A stretch of 63,204 nt of DNA, counting the filler, from Sphacelaria rigidula (taxonomy: Eukaryota): NCBI GenBank assembly GCA_964200075.2. It is 5 parts of 5 records of this genome, joined end to end, with 100 filler letters (N's around TTAATTAATTAA, not from the genome) between each part and the next. Parts side by side here need not be neighbours in the genome. Positions count along the whole stretch, not along the records: positions 37,984 to 50,544 come from CAXNAA020003628.1; 4 more parts are not named here. One strand, written 5' to 3'. Position 1 is the first letter of the stretch. Each line of letters begins with the position of its first letter. The position numbers and the translations under genes were made by a program. Below are positions 37,984 through 49,900 of this stretch, in pieces. Below the pieces are notes generated by a model. The model saw nothing but the letters and a program-made list of their open reading frames with translations. It ran no database searches and was not told where the DNA came from.

Positions 37984-40348
37984 ATCAAATCGGACACCGT
38001 TAAGGGCTCGTATAAACATAACGGACTTTACTTATGGGACAGAGGAAGATATATATATATATATATATTCATCCTTGCGTTGTGGTTGTTTTTCGATGTT
38101 GATATTTTTTGTTTGTTTGGTCGAATATTACATCGTCAACTGGATTCCATCATGCGCGACCACAGAGTTTTGTCTTGTCCGACGGTGATATTCTTGGTTT
38201 TCAGGATGGTGTGGAAGATCCTCTCTCCCCGTGGTCTGATGACTTTTTCTGACCAGTTTCTGTCGTTGGTGTCCTCCCTTGCTCGTCTGTCTAGCTCCGC
38301 CCGTGGCCAGCGTGAAATTCCATCAGCTTGTACGTTTCGGTTCCCTTGAATGTGTCTTGCCTCGTGCCTCCACCCCCCGTAATTTCCAGCCTCCCGAGGG
38401 TTCTCATGAGTAACCCTGCGCGTTTATCTTTTGCGCCCCCGCACCGATTGACCCACGTGACTGCCGCTACGCTGTCCCCGCGCATTAAGATTGGGTCGCC
38501 CTGATTTTCTGGTTTGTCGTGTACCAATTCGAGCATGACCCAGGGTGGTGACTACCATCCCCTGGAGTTTCACGCGGTTAATGGTGATGATCCATGTCTC
38601 GCGAAGTTGAGCTTTTATTTTGAGCTTTGCGGTAAGTTTCGGTGGTACATCGTATCTCCAGGATGTTCTTTTCTCTGGGCAGTAGCCGCCTACGGCTTCG
38701 AAGCTTGCGTCCGCTTTACTGTGGATTAGCAGGGTGCGCTCAGAAATTCACGATGCTGCAGGAGCTTGGCCTCAATCGCCCACTTCCAAAAATTCAGATC
38801 AGCGTGAAATTCTTGGTCTCTCTACTATACGGCCCTGGTTGTCTCTCGCTCTAGAATCGTGGAGCCCTGCAAGTCGCAGAGTTCTCCAGACGAAATATTT
38901 TCCTGGTCGCATTGCGTATGTGAGGCTCCACAGCTTTCCTGCTAAGCTCAATATTTCTCCAGCAGTCGCTGAAAGTCGAGTGGGGGGTCACTCGGTCAAC
39001 AATGCTTGTCGGAGCAGCCCAACCTTCTCGCGAGATACGGAAACCCGCATAGCGTGGGAGTTAACGGTCAGGCCCAACGCCTCCATCTCAGTATCCCAAT
39101 CCGTACTCTTTTGGGGGGCTAGGATAGGTGTCTCGCCTTCCTCTCAGTGACCGAAGAGTCTGACGTGGTCGGATGTGAGGGACGCGGACGCGATCAATGC
39201 GCTCGTGTCGTCGTCGGAGTGCTGCACGCGAATCTGCAGATGTTCGTCTACGTACACTTACGTAAAGAAGTTATCATGCAAGCCTCCTGCCGTGTGTGGG
39301 GTGGTCGTAGAATCTTTTGGAATTGGTGTGGGATCCCCCGTTCCCCACCTATCGACTACCTTCACCGGAGCTGTCATCTCCTAGCCTCCTGGCAGTAAAA
39401 CCGCGTTGTCAATGTTCGTGTTGCAGTGGGAGTGTTCTGCCGCCGAAGCCAATAGTCCCCAAAAACCTGGCGAGCCTGACCAGCCGAACGTGAGCCGGAA
39501 GTCACACACGACCAGGTTATCCACAACGTAGCCGAATTGATGGGCGTGGTCTGGATCGATCCTCATATTACGGAACGCATCCGAAATGTCTGCCTTTGCC
39601 ATTAGTATGCGTTTTTTGCGGTATTTTTTTTCGTAACGAAATGAGCTCTTTTGAGAACATCTGTAGCGCTTTTCCGCATAAACAGGTCGGCACGTCTTCA
39701 GGGTTTGCGTCACCATTCAGCCGTCCTTTTCTTTGCCGAGTGCGTTGCGCGTCAAAAGACAATTCGTTGATTATGCCGACTTTTTGTGTTGTTACGCCTC
39801 CCGGGGGGGACAACCGTAGGTTCGGGATTTTCCGGGCGGCCGACTTTTCGACTATCAGACTCTTTCCCGTTCGTACGTTGTCTCCCAGTTTTCCCCAATT
39901 TCTGGGTAGTTGATCGTGTGCACTACTGTGTTTGCCATACTGTAGTGCGCAGTCGAGGTTCCCTTGCGTGGGGGATGTAGTGACTGTCGCGCCGACGGGG
40001 ACCCCTGTGGATACGACAGTAACGAGCTCGTCTGTCTGCGAAAAACCCTTTTCCTCCCCGCAATACTTCCGGATCTCGCGCGGGACTACCGGTGGCACGA
40101 CTAGCGGTCTCCAGATAGACCTCGCGACATCCCCAATGCGTCCACCGTGTTTTGCTGTGATGCGCGTGCAGATATTTGCGAGTCTGTACAGTATGTCTTC
40201 CTTTTTCTTGGCTGTTGTACCTGATTTTTCCAACTCTACTTTTTTTTAGTACCACAGTGCTACAGATTCAGCGTCCGACTGTCCCGACTCATATCCATCG
40301 TTGAGAGGCGGCACCGCCGCCGACCCGCTAGACTTGAAACCAACAAAT

Positions 40349-40601
40349 GACATTTTCTACGATAGCCCCCCCCACAAAAAGTGCATGGTTTTGGGGGGCA
40401 AAATGTTCACGTAAATCGAAATGGAAAAAGTCGAGCACAACGAGAAGCTGGGAATTCCCACGCCCGGGTTCGTTCTAGCCAATGTCGCCAGTATGAGGCG
40501 CTTCATGCAGCCTGAACCATCACATCAGGCGCTGTATGGTCATTTTTTTCGTGACACTTTTAGCTGGTTTTGGAGGGGGGGGAGGTCTCGTAGAAAGTGT
40601 C
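40349..40601. mobile_element. MITE (253 bp) with 4-bp TSD AAAT, inserted in pol
   Basis: TIRs gacattttctacgatagcccc / ggaggtctcgtagaaagtgtc; AAAT at 40345-40348 and 40602-40605; excision rejoins the pol frame. Confidence 0.88.
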
Positions 40602-40674
40602 AAATGATCCGCCTGTTTTCTGTTCTACACCGCACGCGGAACTACTGGCTCCTTGATTCGTTGAGGAATTACTA

Positions 40675-40962
40675 GCGGGGTAACGGGCCCCTGGTTCGCT
40701 GAAAGGGTAACTGGCCCCGTGTTCACTGAGGTGGTAACTTATCCTTCGATCACTGACGGTGTAACTGGCCCCGTGGTCACTGGAGGGGTAACTGGCCCCA
40801 TGGTCATGGAAAGGGTAACTGTCCCCATAGTCACTGATGGGGTGACTGGCCCCGCAATCACTGATGGGATAACTGGCCCCATGGTCAGTGAGGGGGTAAC
40901 TGGCCCCATGACCACTGAAGGGGTAACTGGCCCCACGGTCACGGATGCGGTAACTGGTCCCC
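40675..40962 (-). repeat. 27-bp coding minisatellite, ~11 units (GASYPxSDH)
   Basis: gtaactggcccc recurs every 27 bp; ORF 40560-41312 reads GASYPFSGH-GASYPLTDH-GASYPISDC.. Confidence 0.88.
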
Positions 40963-41369
40963 GATGCATGCAAAACTGGCGTTGCTTGTTCTAACGTGCC
41001 AGGCGTTACTGTTGTCGATGGCGCTACGCCGACCGCCTGTGGGAACGAAACCAAGTGGGTGTCTGCTATCTGGCGTGTTACCCGATCATGTCCTGGACTA
41101 ATTGACGTGACATACTGGCGAGGGCACACTGATACCCCGTTTCGTCCGTAATCCTGATTCTCCGTGTGCTCACAACCCGGGCCGCAAGGCACCGCCACCG
41201 CTGTCTGCTCTCGACATCTCTCACCATGAAACACGGTCGCTGGGACCGACCCAGGTGAAGGTGCCTTGATAAGTCCACCGGGCCTAGAGGCGTCCACAAA
41301 CATGGTGTTCACGTCGCTACCCGCTTCTCCTGTCGATGTCGGCCCTGCCGGTGGGCAGAGCCCGCGCCC

Positions 41370-43068
41370 TCATCCGCTCCCGTTTCCTCTCCCGCCGGCG
41401 GCGCCTCCCCCCCTTCCGCCGCCGCGCCCTCTGTAGCTGTGTAGATATCGTGCTTCCGGTGCCTGGGCGGGCGCCGGTTGCTGCGGCTGGTGAGCGGGCG
41501 GTTGGTGAACCTGAGGTACTGTATGCTGTGACGGGGTTGCCGGGGGGTGCGGGGGCGGGGGCGGTATTGGTGTTTGGGCCGGCGCCGGCGCTGTCGGCGC
41601 CGGCGTAGCCTGCGCCTGCCCGGATGCCAGTGGAGACACGACATCATGTGAGAATCTGCAGTTATTCCGCGTACACGGTTGGTTTTGCCAAACTGCCTCG
41701 TCGAAAAATCTGCATTCTGACCTGTCGTGGAGGGAAAACCCAACAAGAAACGAAAAGCGACGTCGCAGGCAGGCCCCGCATCTCCCCTCTCTTCGAGTGA
41801 CACCACCCCGGCTGAACTCCCGTCGGCCTTTGCGCAGAGAAAAGTCCAGTGGCAGACCCCCAAGGATGTTTGCGTCCACAACAAACATCCTTGGGGGTCT
41901 GCCACTGGACTTTTCTTTGCGCAAAGGCCGACGGGAGTTCAGCCGGGGTGGTGTCACTCGAAGAAAGGGGAGATGCGGGGCCTGCCTGCGACGTGACTTT
42001 TCGATTTTTGTTGGGTTTTGCCTCCCCGACCGGCCAGAATGCAGACTTCTCGACTAGGCAGTTGGGCCCGTCCTCGGTGACGAGGGCTCTCAGTTTTGTG
42101 AAAGCCGGCGCCGCTACCGGCTCTCCCGTCGTCGACGGCGGAACGGCGGCCGGATATGTCTTCCGGAGTTGTTGTGCCCGAAGTGCCATCCGGTAAAATA
42201 ACTCCTCGATGCCAGTCTCCATGGCTAAAAGAATCGTGGCGCGGACCATCGTCCTGTGCGGGTATAGTGACATGTATTGATAATCTGTGTACTCCATCAC
42301 TTGGGTGATGACTGACTTGAACTCCAACTGGAGGGCGCGCGTGCGTGTCTTGCGTGGATCGGGAGCGTGCTCCATGGGGGTGAGCATAGCCGTGAACAGG
42401 GATGCGACGAAAGTGTCAAAATGCACATCAGCCGGCATGTCCGTAGAAGTCGAGCCTGGTGGCACTGATTTTCTGAAGCCCGTTGTCTGGAAAGTGGCCA
42501 AGTTTGCGGGTGCCTGTGTAACGTGGGCCACCTTCTTGAGCGTAAGTTGTTGGAGGTGGAGGGTGAGTTCTTCACCCACGTCAAAGCCTCCCCTCAAGAG
42601 AAAAAGCATGGGCCCAGTGATGGCCCGCCACGAGTCGACGGGACGTTTTGCGTTCGCTTTGATACCCGCCTGTTCCGCTGCGGTCCGTTGTGCCGCCGCT
42701 TGCGCGCCAGCTTCTTAAATCTGCGGGAGTGGTGGCTGTTGCCACCTGTTCCCGATCTGTAGTGGTGGTTGCTGTGGGGGTGCCTGCAAGCGATTGGTCG
42801 TCTGAGCCAATGCGGCCAGGATGTGTTGCTGAAAAGCCTGCTGAGACATCACGGGCGCTTGCGGTATGCCCTGGGGTTGGTCGGCTGCCGCTGCTGCTGC
42901 CGCGTGTGGGTTATTACGCAATGTTACCACCTCGCTGCCTTGGTGTGCTTGGCTCCCGCCGCCGTCTGTGGGGGGTCCGCCGGCCTCTACCCCAACCATG
43001 CCGTCTCCGTGTGGTGCCAGATTTTCATCTCCGCCTGCTTGAGCCGCGCCCCCGGCTATGCCGGACAT
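41370..43068 (-). pseudogene. gag: gag-like ORF of the DIRS/Ngaro-type element, disrupted
   Basis: ORFs 43068-42715 and 42609-41662 share a frame (one TAA between). The C-terminus in another frame (41957-41370) carries ..PCTRNNCRFSH, a Pro/Gln-rich linker and an RGG tail. Confidence 0.72.
41687..42067. repeat. 381-bp near-perfect palindrome (186-bp arms, 9-nt loop) inside gag
   Basis: 41687-41872 is the reverse complement of 41882-42067 with 14 substitutions and no indels by my count. Confidence 0.95.
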
Positions 43069-43868
43069 GATGTAAAAGTCGATCGATCCTCCGCGAAGCG
43101 CCCTAGTTCTCGCCTACTTCTACCTACTTGTGCTGCTTTGATCAGTAGGCCGCTGCTAGATGAAGGCTACTTGCTGCTGGTGACACTATATGTACTCGTG
43201 TGTCTGGCAGCTGTGGCAACCTAGCTGCGATGGCCAACGTTTTTACTGGCAGCGGCACTGCTGCTGAGTAACAAGGACAAACGGCGTACAGCATGTAAAA
43301 GCACGTATATTTTTCTGTACGTACGTCCCACATCGTCAGAATTCGTACACGCCTCCGCAAACCCCTCTTTCATACTGAACTCTACATTTATAGTTGTTCA
43401 CTAAAACGGGCGAAATTGGTTTGATCGAGCGGAAACATCGAAGAGCGTGAACCTGGGGCTCTACACCCCTCGGACCCCGGACGACCGGTTAGCCCATGGT
43501 TCATTCGAAATTAATCGTCGAGACGATATTTTTTATCGGCACCTGTGTCGGGTACGAACGCCGTGTCTTTCGGCATATTGTTTTCGATCAAAAAGTGCGG
43601 TTTGGAGAAGATTCGAATCTGATACAAGTAGGTCGCCTTTCGGGCCTCGTGCACGGCTCATAATTTTCCGCGGGAAACTTCCAAACACACATGGTTGACT
43701 CCGTGAGCTTCTCCGGTACTCTGCGTACAGACACCCCCCCCCTCCTCAAAAACCACCCCCTCCGAGCTCTGGAAACCCCCGGATGTCTCGGAACTGTCAG
43801 CATGTACAACTGTTCCGAGGCGACGCTCGTCGTCTAAGGGTTAAAAAAGTATGGATGATCCTGATGGA

Positions 43869-45177
43869 CTACCCTCGCGGTGTAAGCCCAACTCTTATGG
43901 GAGCGTTTGAAATTTTATTTTGGGCACCGAGTTTGTAGGTACGGGTCGCTATGAAATAATTTACCTGAAATCATCGATTTTTTGTTGTTTTCCATGATTT
44001 TTGTCGGGATTATCGCTGAACACGTGCGTTACTCGAACCCTAATTGCCACAGAGAGGTCAACAAGATTGCACTGTTTGATTATTTGTTGTCCGGGCCTGT
44101 CCTGGACCTCAATTCCCTCCGTTGGCTTGCTATAGCCCAGGAAAGCAGAAGGAGGAGAGCTGCGAAAAAAAAAGTGCAGTCAGCATCGATAATATTTTGA
44201 TACACACCAAGATGGCACCAAGTCAAAGCAAGCGAAGCGTACACCTTCGAAAGGAAGCGGCATTCTAGCACACGAAATCGTATATACAAGAGAGATACAT
44301 TATTGCGTTGGCTGTCTGATCTCCTGTGTGTAGAATGCATGGTTGTCTCCAGCGTTGTACCGCAACAAATTTCTGTCGCGATACCGACTGTATCTGTATC
44401 GCAAGAAGATCCGCCAGCGCTGGCCAGCCAGTTGGCACCGTGCTTGATTGTCATGTATGTACGGCATCGATCAACGCAAGTCATCCAGAACAACAGCACG
44501 ACAGCCTACAAAAGGGGGGCAGCAGCATTGATGCGTGTGGAGTGTTTTTCTCGGTTGATGTTCCGTCCGAGGAACATGAAACACTACACAACGACGACTA
44601 TGGAGCCATCTTGAATCGTGCGCCGTATCCAAGGCCGTGCAGATGCAGCTGCAACCTAAGCTCAAATGGTGACTGCAACACCAACCCAGGCCACCGCAGC
44701 CATACCGCGGGCATGGCGACACTCATAACGAACGTTGGGTACACTACCCATTAAACCAATAGACAGAGCGCCGCTTGTGAGACTGCCTTTGCCTTGGATA
44801 TCATCCTGCCTCCGCACGGTGCTGCACCGCGGCTGCGGGCACCAGAAGACTGGCAAAACCGTGTGTGACGGAACCTATGCTAAAATCAAGTTTGTACTAT
44901 GAAATGTACTATGAAACGTAGAGGGACAGGAGAAATATGAAAATAATATTACTTGAAACTAGTGTTTGTACTATGAAAATAAACCCGTACCTAAGGACCC
45001 GCCGCCTTATTTCGCAACAATTTCAGAGGAGTTTTTTTTTTTTCCTTTGACGTCATGGTGAACGGGCACAAAATACACAACTACGGCAACGAAAAAAAAA
45101 AGTCGTTTAAAATTATTGCAAAATAAAATTCTAAACGCTCCCATAAGAGTTGGTCTAAGGTTTGACCGCGAGGGTAG
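43869..45177. repeat. ~55-bp inverted repeats flanking ~1.2 kb; probable non-autonomous DNA transposon
   Basis: ctaccctcgcgg..ccaactcttatgggagcgttt.aattttattttg (43869-43922) versus caaaataaaattctaaacgctcccataagagttgg..ccgcgagggtag (45119-45177). True termini and TSD not resolved. Confidence 0.55.
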
Positions 45178-45283
45178 GTCACCCGCTAGATCGGCATCAA
45201 TTTCACTTGAAAGTATGCGTGATCCAGATGGACCACCCGCATCGCGGTCTAAAGGTTGACCTTTCTGGGACCATTCTCCCCAC

Positions 45284-46475
45284 TAGAGGTGGGCACCTGT
45301 AAAAAAAGCCCCGGTAAAAAAAGCCCCGGTTGTAACCGGTTCTTGGAAGCCCCAATAGGCGTTTACCTCTTACGGTTCTAGAATGAGGCGTTGTTATGGC
45401 GGTTAAACCGGGTTTCCCGGTAAACCGGTGTAACCGGTTCGAGTGCGAACTCTGATGTTGAGGAATGGCATGACCCCTGCTACTCCCTCGTATTGTTGGG
45501 CATTGGCTTGCAAGGGCGGACGGGGTGTGGGGTGCATATAGTCCGGGGCGCCTGAACTGTTCACGATTGTTTCGGGATTTTCTCGAAAGTGCTACCGTCG
45601 GTAAATTTTGGTAAAATAAGCAGTTGAACCTTTAAACACAGTTGTGCCCAAGTTAGTATTATTTGGTGTTATCGGGCGATAGGAGTTGATACCCCGTTTA
45701 TCAGGAGGGTTTTTATTGACCGTGTAATACAGTTATTCGGCTCTAGTGTAATGAGTAGGTGATATTAAAAAAAATAAAACAAGCCAGTACATTTCTTCAC
45801 AAATACGATCGGGAGAGGCTCGATCGACAGAGTATACCGAAGAGCTAGAATCTACTGAAAAGTGGTAGGGCCCCCGATGACTGGTAAGCCTGTAAATTGC
45901 TCAATACTGAGTACATCTGTTTTTTTTTTCCTTGGAATGTGGAGCGGGTACAAGTATCTTCCGATCCCCAATGTGATGAGCGGTGGCAAGCGAAAGAGCT
46001 AAGAAAATCGCCAATTACAAAGTAATTACAAAATGAACAATTCACGCGCCTAGTTCTATAGTTTCTCCTTTCGACACCCTGTGTTGGCTATAGGGTTAGG
46101 TGCCAAGTTTGAACAGCAGCTGATCAAGTAATCACAGCAGCTGTTCAAGCAATCACCAACACCATTTCCGATCACGCATTAAAATCGTTGTCACCAGCCA
46201 CTGTGCTGTAAGTCCGACAGGTGTTGCACGGGGCGGAGGTGTGAGATTGAACCTTGCCGTCACCGGCAATGGGTGGGTTTGAGCGTATCCATCATCCATC
46301 ACACACCACGCACGAAACACACGACAACAACGCCTAACTCACCTGCGCTTCTATGATTTGGAGGCGTTTTCCGCTGCTCATCAGATTCAACCGGTTTTCT
46401 GCTGAACCGGTCAGAAATGCTGAAAAACCCTGGTTAATTCGTTTTTTTGTTTTTGGTATACGGTGCCTACCTCTA
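45284..46475. mobile_element. Non-autonomous hAT-type DNA transposon (1192 bp)
   Basis: TIRs TAGAGGTGGGCACC / GGTGCCTACCTCTA (1 mismatch); perfect 8-bp TSD CTCCCCAC at 45276-45283 and 46476-46483; subterminal aaaaaaagccccggt and aaccggtt repeats; no transposase ORF. Confidence 0.88.
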
Positions 46476-46529
46476 CTCCCCACAATGATCGTATTTGCGG
46501 CAGGGGTCTAATCATTTTACGCTCAAGCC

Positions 46530-46950
46530 TTGGACCGCGGGGTGGGTAGTCCATCTGTATCATGCATCATTTTTTCAAGTAAAACTGATGCCGATTCAAC
46601 AGATAACCCACCTCTCTCGCTGCCTGAGGGTTTACCCTCGAACCGCGGTGCCTGTAGTCCATCTGGATCACGCATACTTTTTTCAAGCGAATATTGATGC
46701 CGAGTCAGCAGGTGGCATACCCTCGCGGTCTAGGGGTTTATTAACGCAAGACCGCGATGCGGGTAGTCCATCTGGATGGCGCGCACTTTTTTCAAGTGAA
46801 TGTTGATGCCGATTCAGCAGGTGACCCACCCTCGCGAGCAAAGGGTCAACGTTTAGACCGCGAGAGTAGTCCATCTGGGCCATACATTCTTTTTTCGAAT
46901 GAAATTGATGCCGATTCAACAGATAACCTTTTCTCGCCATGTAAGGGTCA
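46530..46950. repeat. ~107-bp diverged tandem repeat, four units
   Basis: gtagtccatctg at 46546, 46654, 46763 and 46866, each followed by ttttcaag..tgatgccga; an inverted unit lies at ~45185-45260. Confidence 0.8.
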
Positions 46951-49900
46951 AGTCAAAACGATGGTGCCGGGGCCTTTTTGTGCGTCGGCATCATTTTGAC
47001 TTGAAAACAGCACAAGTGGACACCTGCCCTGAATATGCCATTGGGTCCCAAAGGGGTAAATCAGCCCACCATCCACAACCCCCGACCCCAATAAAATGCA
47101 GACCGTGAACCCTCGGGTATAGGCGGCTCCACCCCAGAGACAAGCCACAGCAGCACCAAGGAATAGTGTTGCTGCGGGCGACGGCAGGCAGGCCCATGAA
47201 CAAAGCTGCGGGTCACGCAAATTGATGGATGCATACGGGTAGAAGTAAATATACCAGTGAAAGGGTGCCCACACAGGCGATGCAACTGCACCGGGCACGT
47301 GTGTACGGCTAATCCTGCATCAAGAGCACTGGTGGCAGCTTGCTTTGCCGTGGATAACTTGACTGTAGTACATAGCGACCCCGCCAATCAGCGGGCCCGA
47401 AGTCTGACGTTCCCCAGGGGCGAGTCAGTCCACATACAGGACATGAATACGTACTGCGCAACCGGACAACACAGATACCGGCCGGAGGGAAGGGCTAGGC
47501 AGGCACGCGAAGTGAAGACACGGCAGTGGCTTCATGGAGTAGCCTGCAATCCCCTATCCCCCATCAGCCGGCGGCGACCAGGTATGCACTAGGCGACGCA
47601 ACGGCCACTGAGTTTTGTAATGATTGACAGTAATCATCCTCTGCGCGCACGTGGGCGTTTGCTCCTGTCTCCTGCCGCTGGCCGTATTCTGTGTTTGCCA
47701 TGAAGCGGTGGAACCGTTTCGTGAGAATGCATGCGCATGAAATAAAAAACGTGGTTTGCACGCACGCCCGGACCGTCCCGGCCTGTATGATATCACATGA
47801 CAGTACAACAGCGACAGACAATGTGGTCAGGGACGAGCTGCGTGTTTGGGGCTGAGCATGTGATCCCAACACGCATCGCTCCTGCACAGGCATATCATAT
47901 TGGCAGCTAATTCTGGCTGTGGAGGGTGTTTTTTTTCTCTTGTTTGCAAAAGTTCTGCCGGCAGGTGCTGGGACTGCATTGATTTCATTCGTCGATTGAT
48001 GGATCAATTTGTTATTGCATCATGACCTGATCCGCCAGACGTTTGTTGTCCATCGGGTCTTCGAAAATCGTTTATCATGTATGATGCAAGTGTTGTCGAT
48101 CATACGGTATTCTAGCTTTGTTTAATTTTTTCAAACATGACGCACATATGAGCGCATGCAAAGAAAATATGATCAAAATTGTATTTTCCAGCTGAATCAG
48201 GGGAGTTTTGTAATTTTTCGTAGTCGGCGATTTCCTTTTTTTCTCGCTTGCCACCGCTCATCCCCGTGAACGTTTGATCCCGAAGTTTGAGGATCGGGAG
48301 ACACTAGGCCTACGCTCCACATTCCAAAATACCCCGAGTAACAATCATCTCTGCACTCAATATTAAACGACGTACGGGCTGACCGGTCCTCAGGGGTCAT
48401 GCAGCTACCCAGTCCCGGGTTATGATCCTTGGGTACTTATTCTCGATCGAATCATTTCTGATCGTTCTCGTGAACAAATGTAATGATAATAATTATTATT
48501 ATTTTCCTATTCATTTGCGTTAAAGCCGAAAAGCTGGATTTTGTGACGGTGGCCAACACCCCCTGATAAACGACTTCGTATTACCTCGACAACACCAACT
48601 TCAGGATTGTGTCCTGAGCACCACCTGGGACTTTCGAGTGCTTCGGAAGAAATTTACGAGAAAATTCAGAGAAAGCTCCAACTACGAAGATTGCCCAACC
48701 GAGCTCTGTATAGCACAGGAGGTGGGTGAATCAATCCTGATCGCTCTCATATATTATTTTAACTATCCTTACTCTAGTCTTTTTACCCATTCAGTGCTCA
48801 AGAGCTGAAAAAAGACTGCCAAAAACCGCCAGTAACACCCTCTTTCAATTCAGCTGTTAGCCGTTTAGTATTGAGCGCAAAGACGATTTGTGTTTCGGAA
48901 TGTGGAGCGGATAGCTAGTACTTCCCGATACCCACACTTCGAGATCAAACGTTCACTAGAATGATACATTGTTGTTGTTGTTGTTGTCTTCACATTAAAA
49001 ACCGTCCCGATATGTGCGCGGTACATTCGTACTGGGCATCTGATGCGGACGTCTTCCGTGGTCATAGGCTAGCTACCTGTAATGAGGTGCCAGAAGCTCA
49101 AACAAAAACAACCAACACAGCAGAATAGACCCAGAAAAAAAGTCACAAACGCTATACAAGCAAAACATGAATATATGAAAAATAAAAAGGAGAATTAATG
49201 TGGCTAACCCCAAAAGATCTGGTGTCGCAGGTGGCCATTCGGACTTCAGGGGGTGGCGCCCGACTTTCCAACTCGACGCACGAGGCCAAGTAGAAAATGA
49301 ACATAAGGTCCGACTACGGGCGAAACTCAAGACTCAAAGACCACCAACCAAAGAACTGAGAATCGCAAGGTTCTATCCTTCGACCTCTCGAGGGACAGCC
49401 ATACGTACAAGCGTACCAGGCATATCGAGACAAACAGCGCATGACATAACGACACCCATCATCGGGGAGGTTCACCCCTACCCCCCCTTCTCTGGACGGG
49501 TCGTCATTGCTGTGGTCGGAGGCACGCGAAAAGACTGTTGATAATCGCAGACACTGGAAAAATGACAAAAGTTCATGATTTTATTCCGTGCCATACTTTG
49601 AGCACTTCTCGTCGGAACTGCGTTTATTATACATTTTGCCCTGTAGAAGGTGAGTGACGATTTGTGGCTTCTGTCTGTCTGCGTAATTTCGACCACTTTT
49701 ATCCTAGGCTTCCGTGCTTTTTCCGTTCTCCAGCATTTTTTCCATGATATTTGTCATGATCCCAATGGGACATGACCGTATACTGTACATTTCTGGTATG
49801 AAGAATGATCGATTTGCGCGATTTATGGCGGTTCCTAGCACTACGTGGGAGATCATATGAGCCTTGGAAGAGTCAGATGGTATGACTGAAGAGGGAAATG

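Larger units (their letters stand above)
38137..41312 (-). pseudogene. pol: pol (RT-RNase H) of the DIRS/Ngaro-type element
   Basis: ORF pieces 41312-40602, 40344-39568, 39716-39381 and 38536-38291; last frame ends ..TLWSRMMESS* near 38137. Interrupted by a MITE, stops and frameshifts. Confidence 0.82.
38049..43360 (-). mobile_element. DIRS/Ngaro-type retroelement (gag + RT-RNase H), decayed; no tyrosine recombinase seen
   Basis: RT KADISDAFRNMRIDP..CDFRLTFGWSGSPGFWG..VYVDE..EALGLTVNS and RNase H DASFEAVGG..ILMRGDSVAAVTWVNRCGG..RHIQGNRNVQADGISR are of the DIRS-order type. Upstream gag-like ORF has a CCCH finger. Element ends are approximate. Confidence 0.85.

Noticed and set aside
40675-40962. 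CRISPR-like array
   Set aside because: Contiguous 27-bp tandem units without unique spacers, inside a retroelement ORF; no cas genes; eukaryotic context.
41687-42067. Palindrome as an amplification or assembly artefact
   Set aside because: Artefactual foldbacks give identical arms; these differ at 14 positions with strong codon-position bias. Long-read confirmation is still advisable.
46530-46950. Repeat-spacer array
   Set aside because: Whole units are homologous along their length, so this is a diverged tandem repeat.
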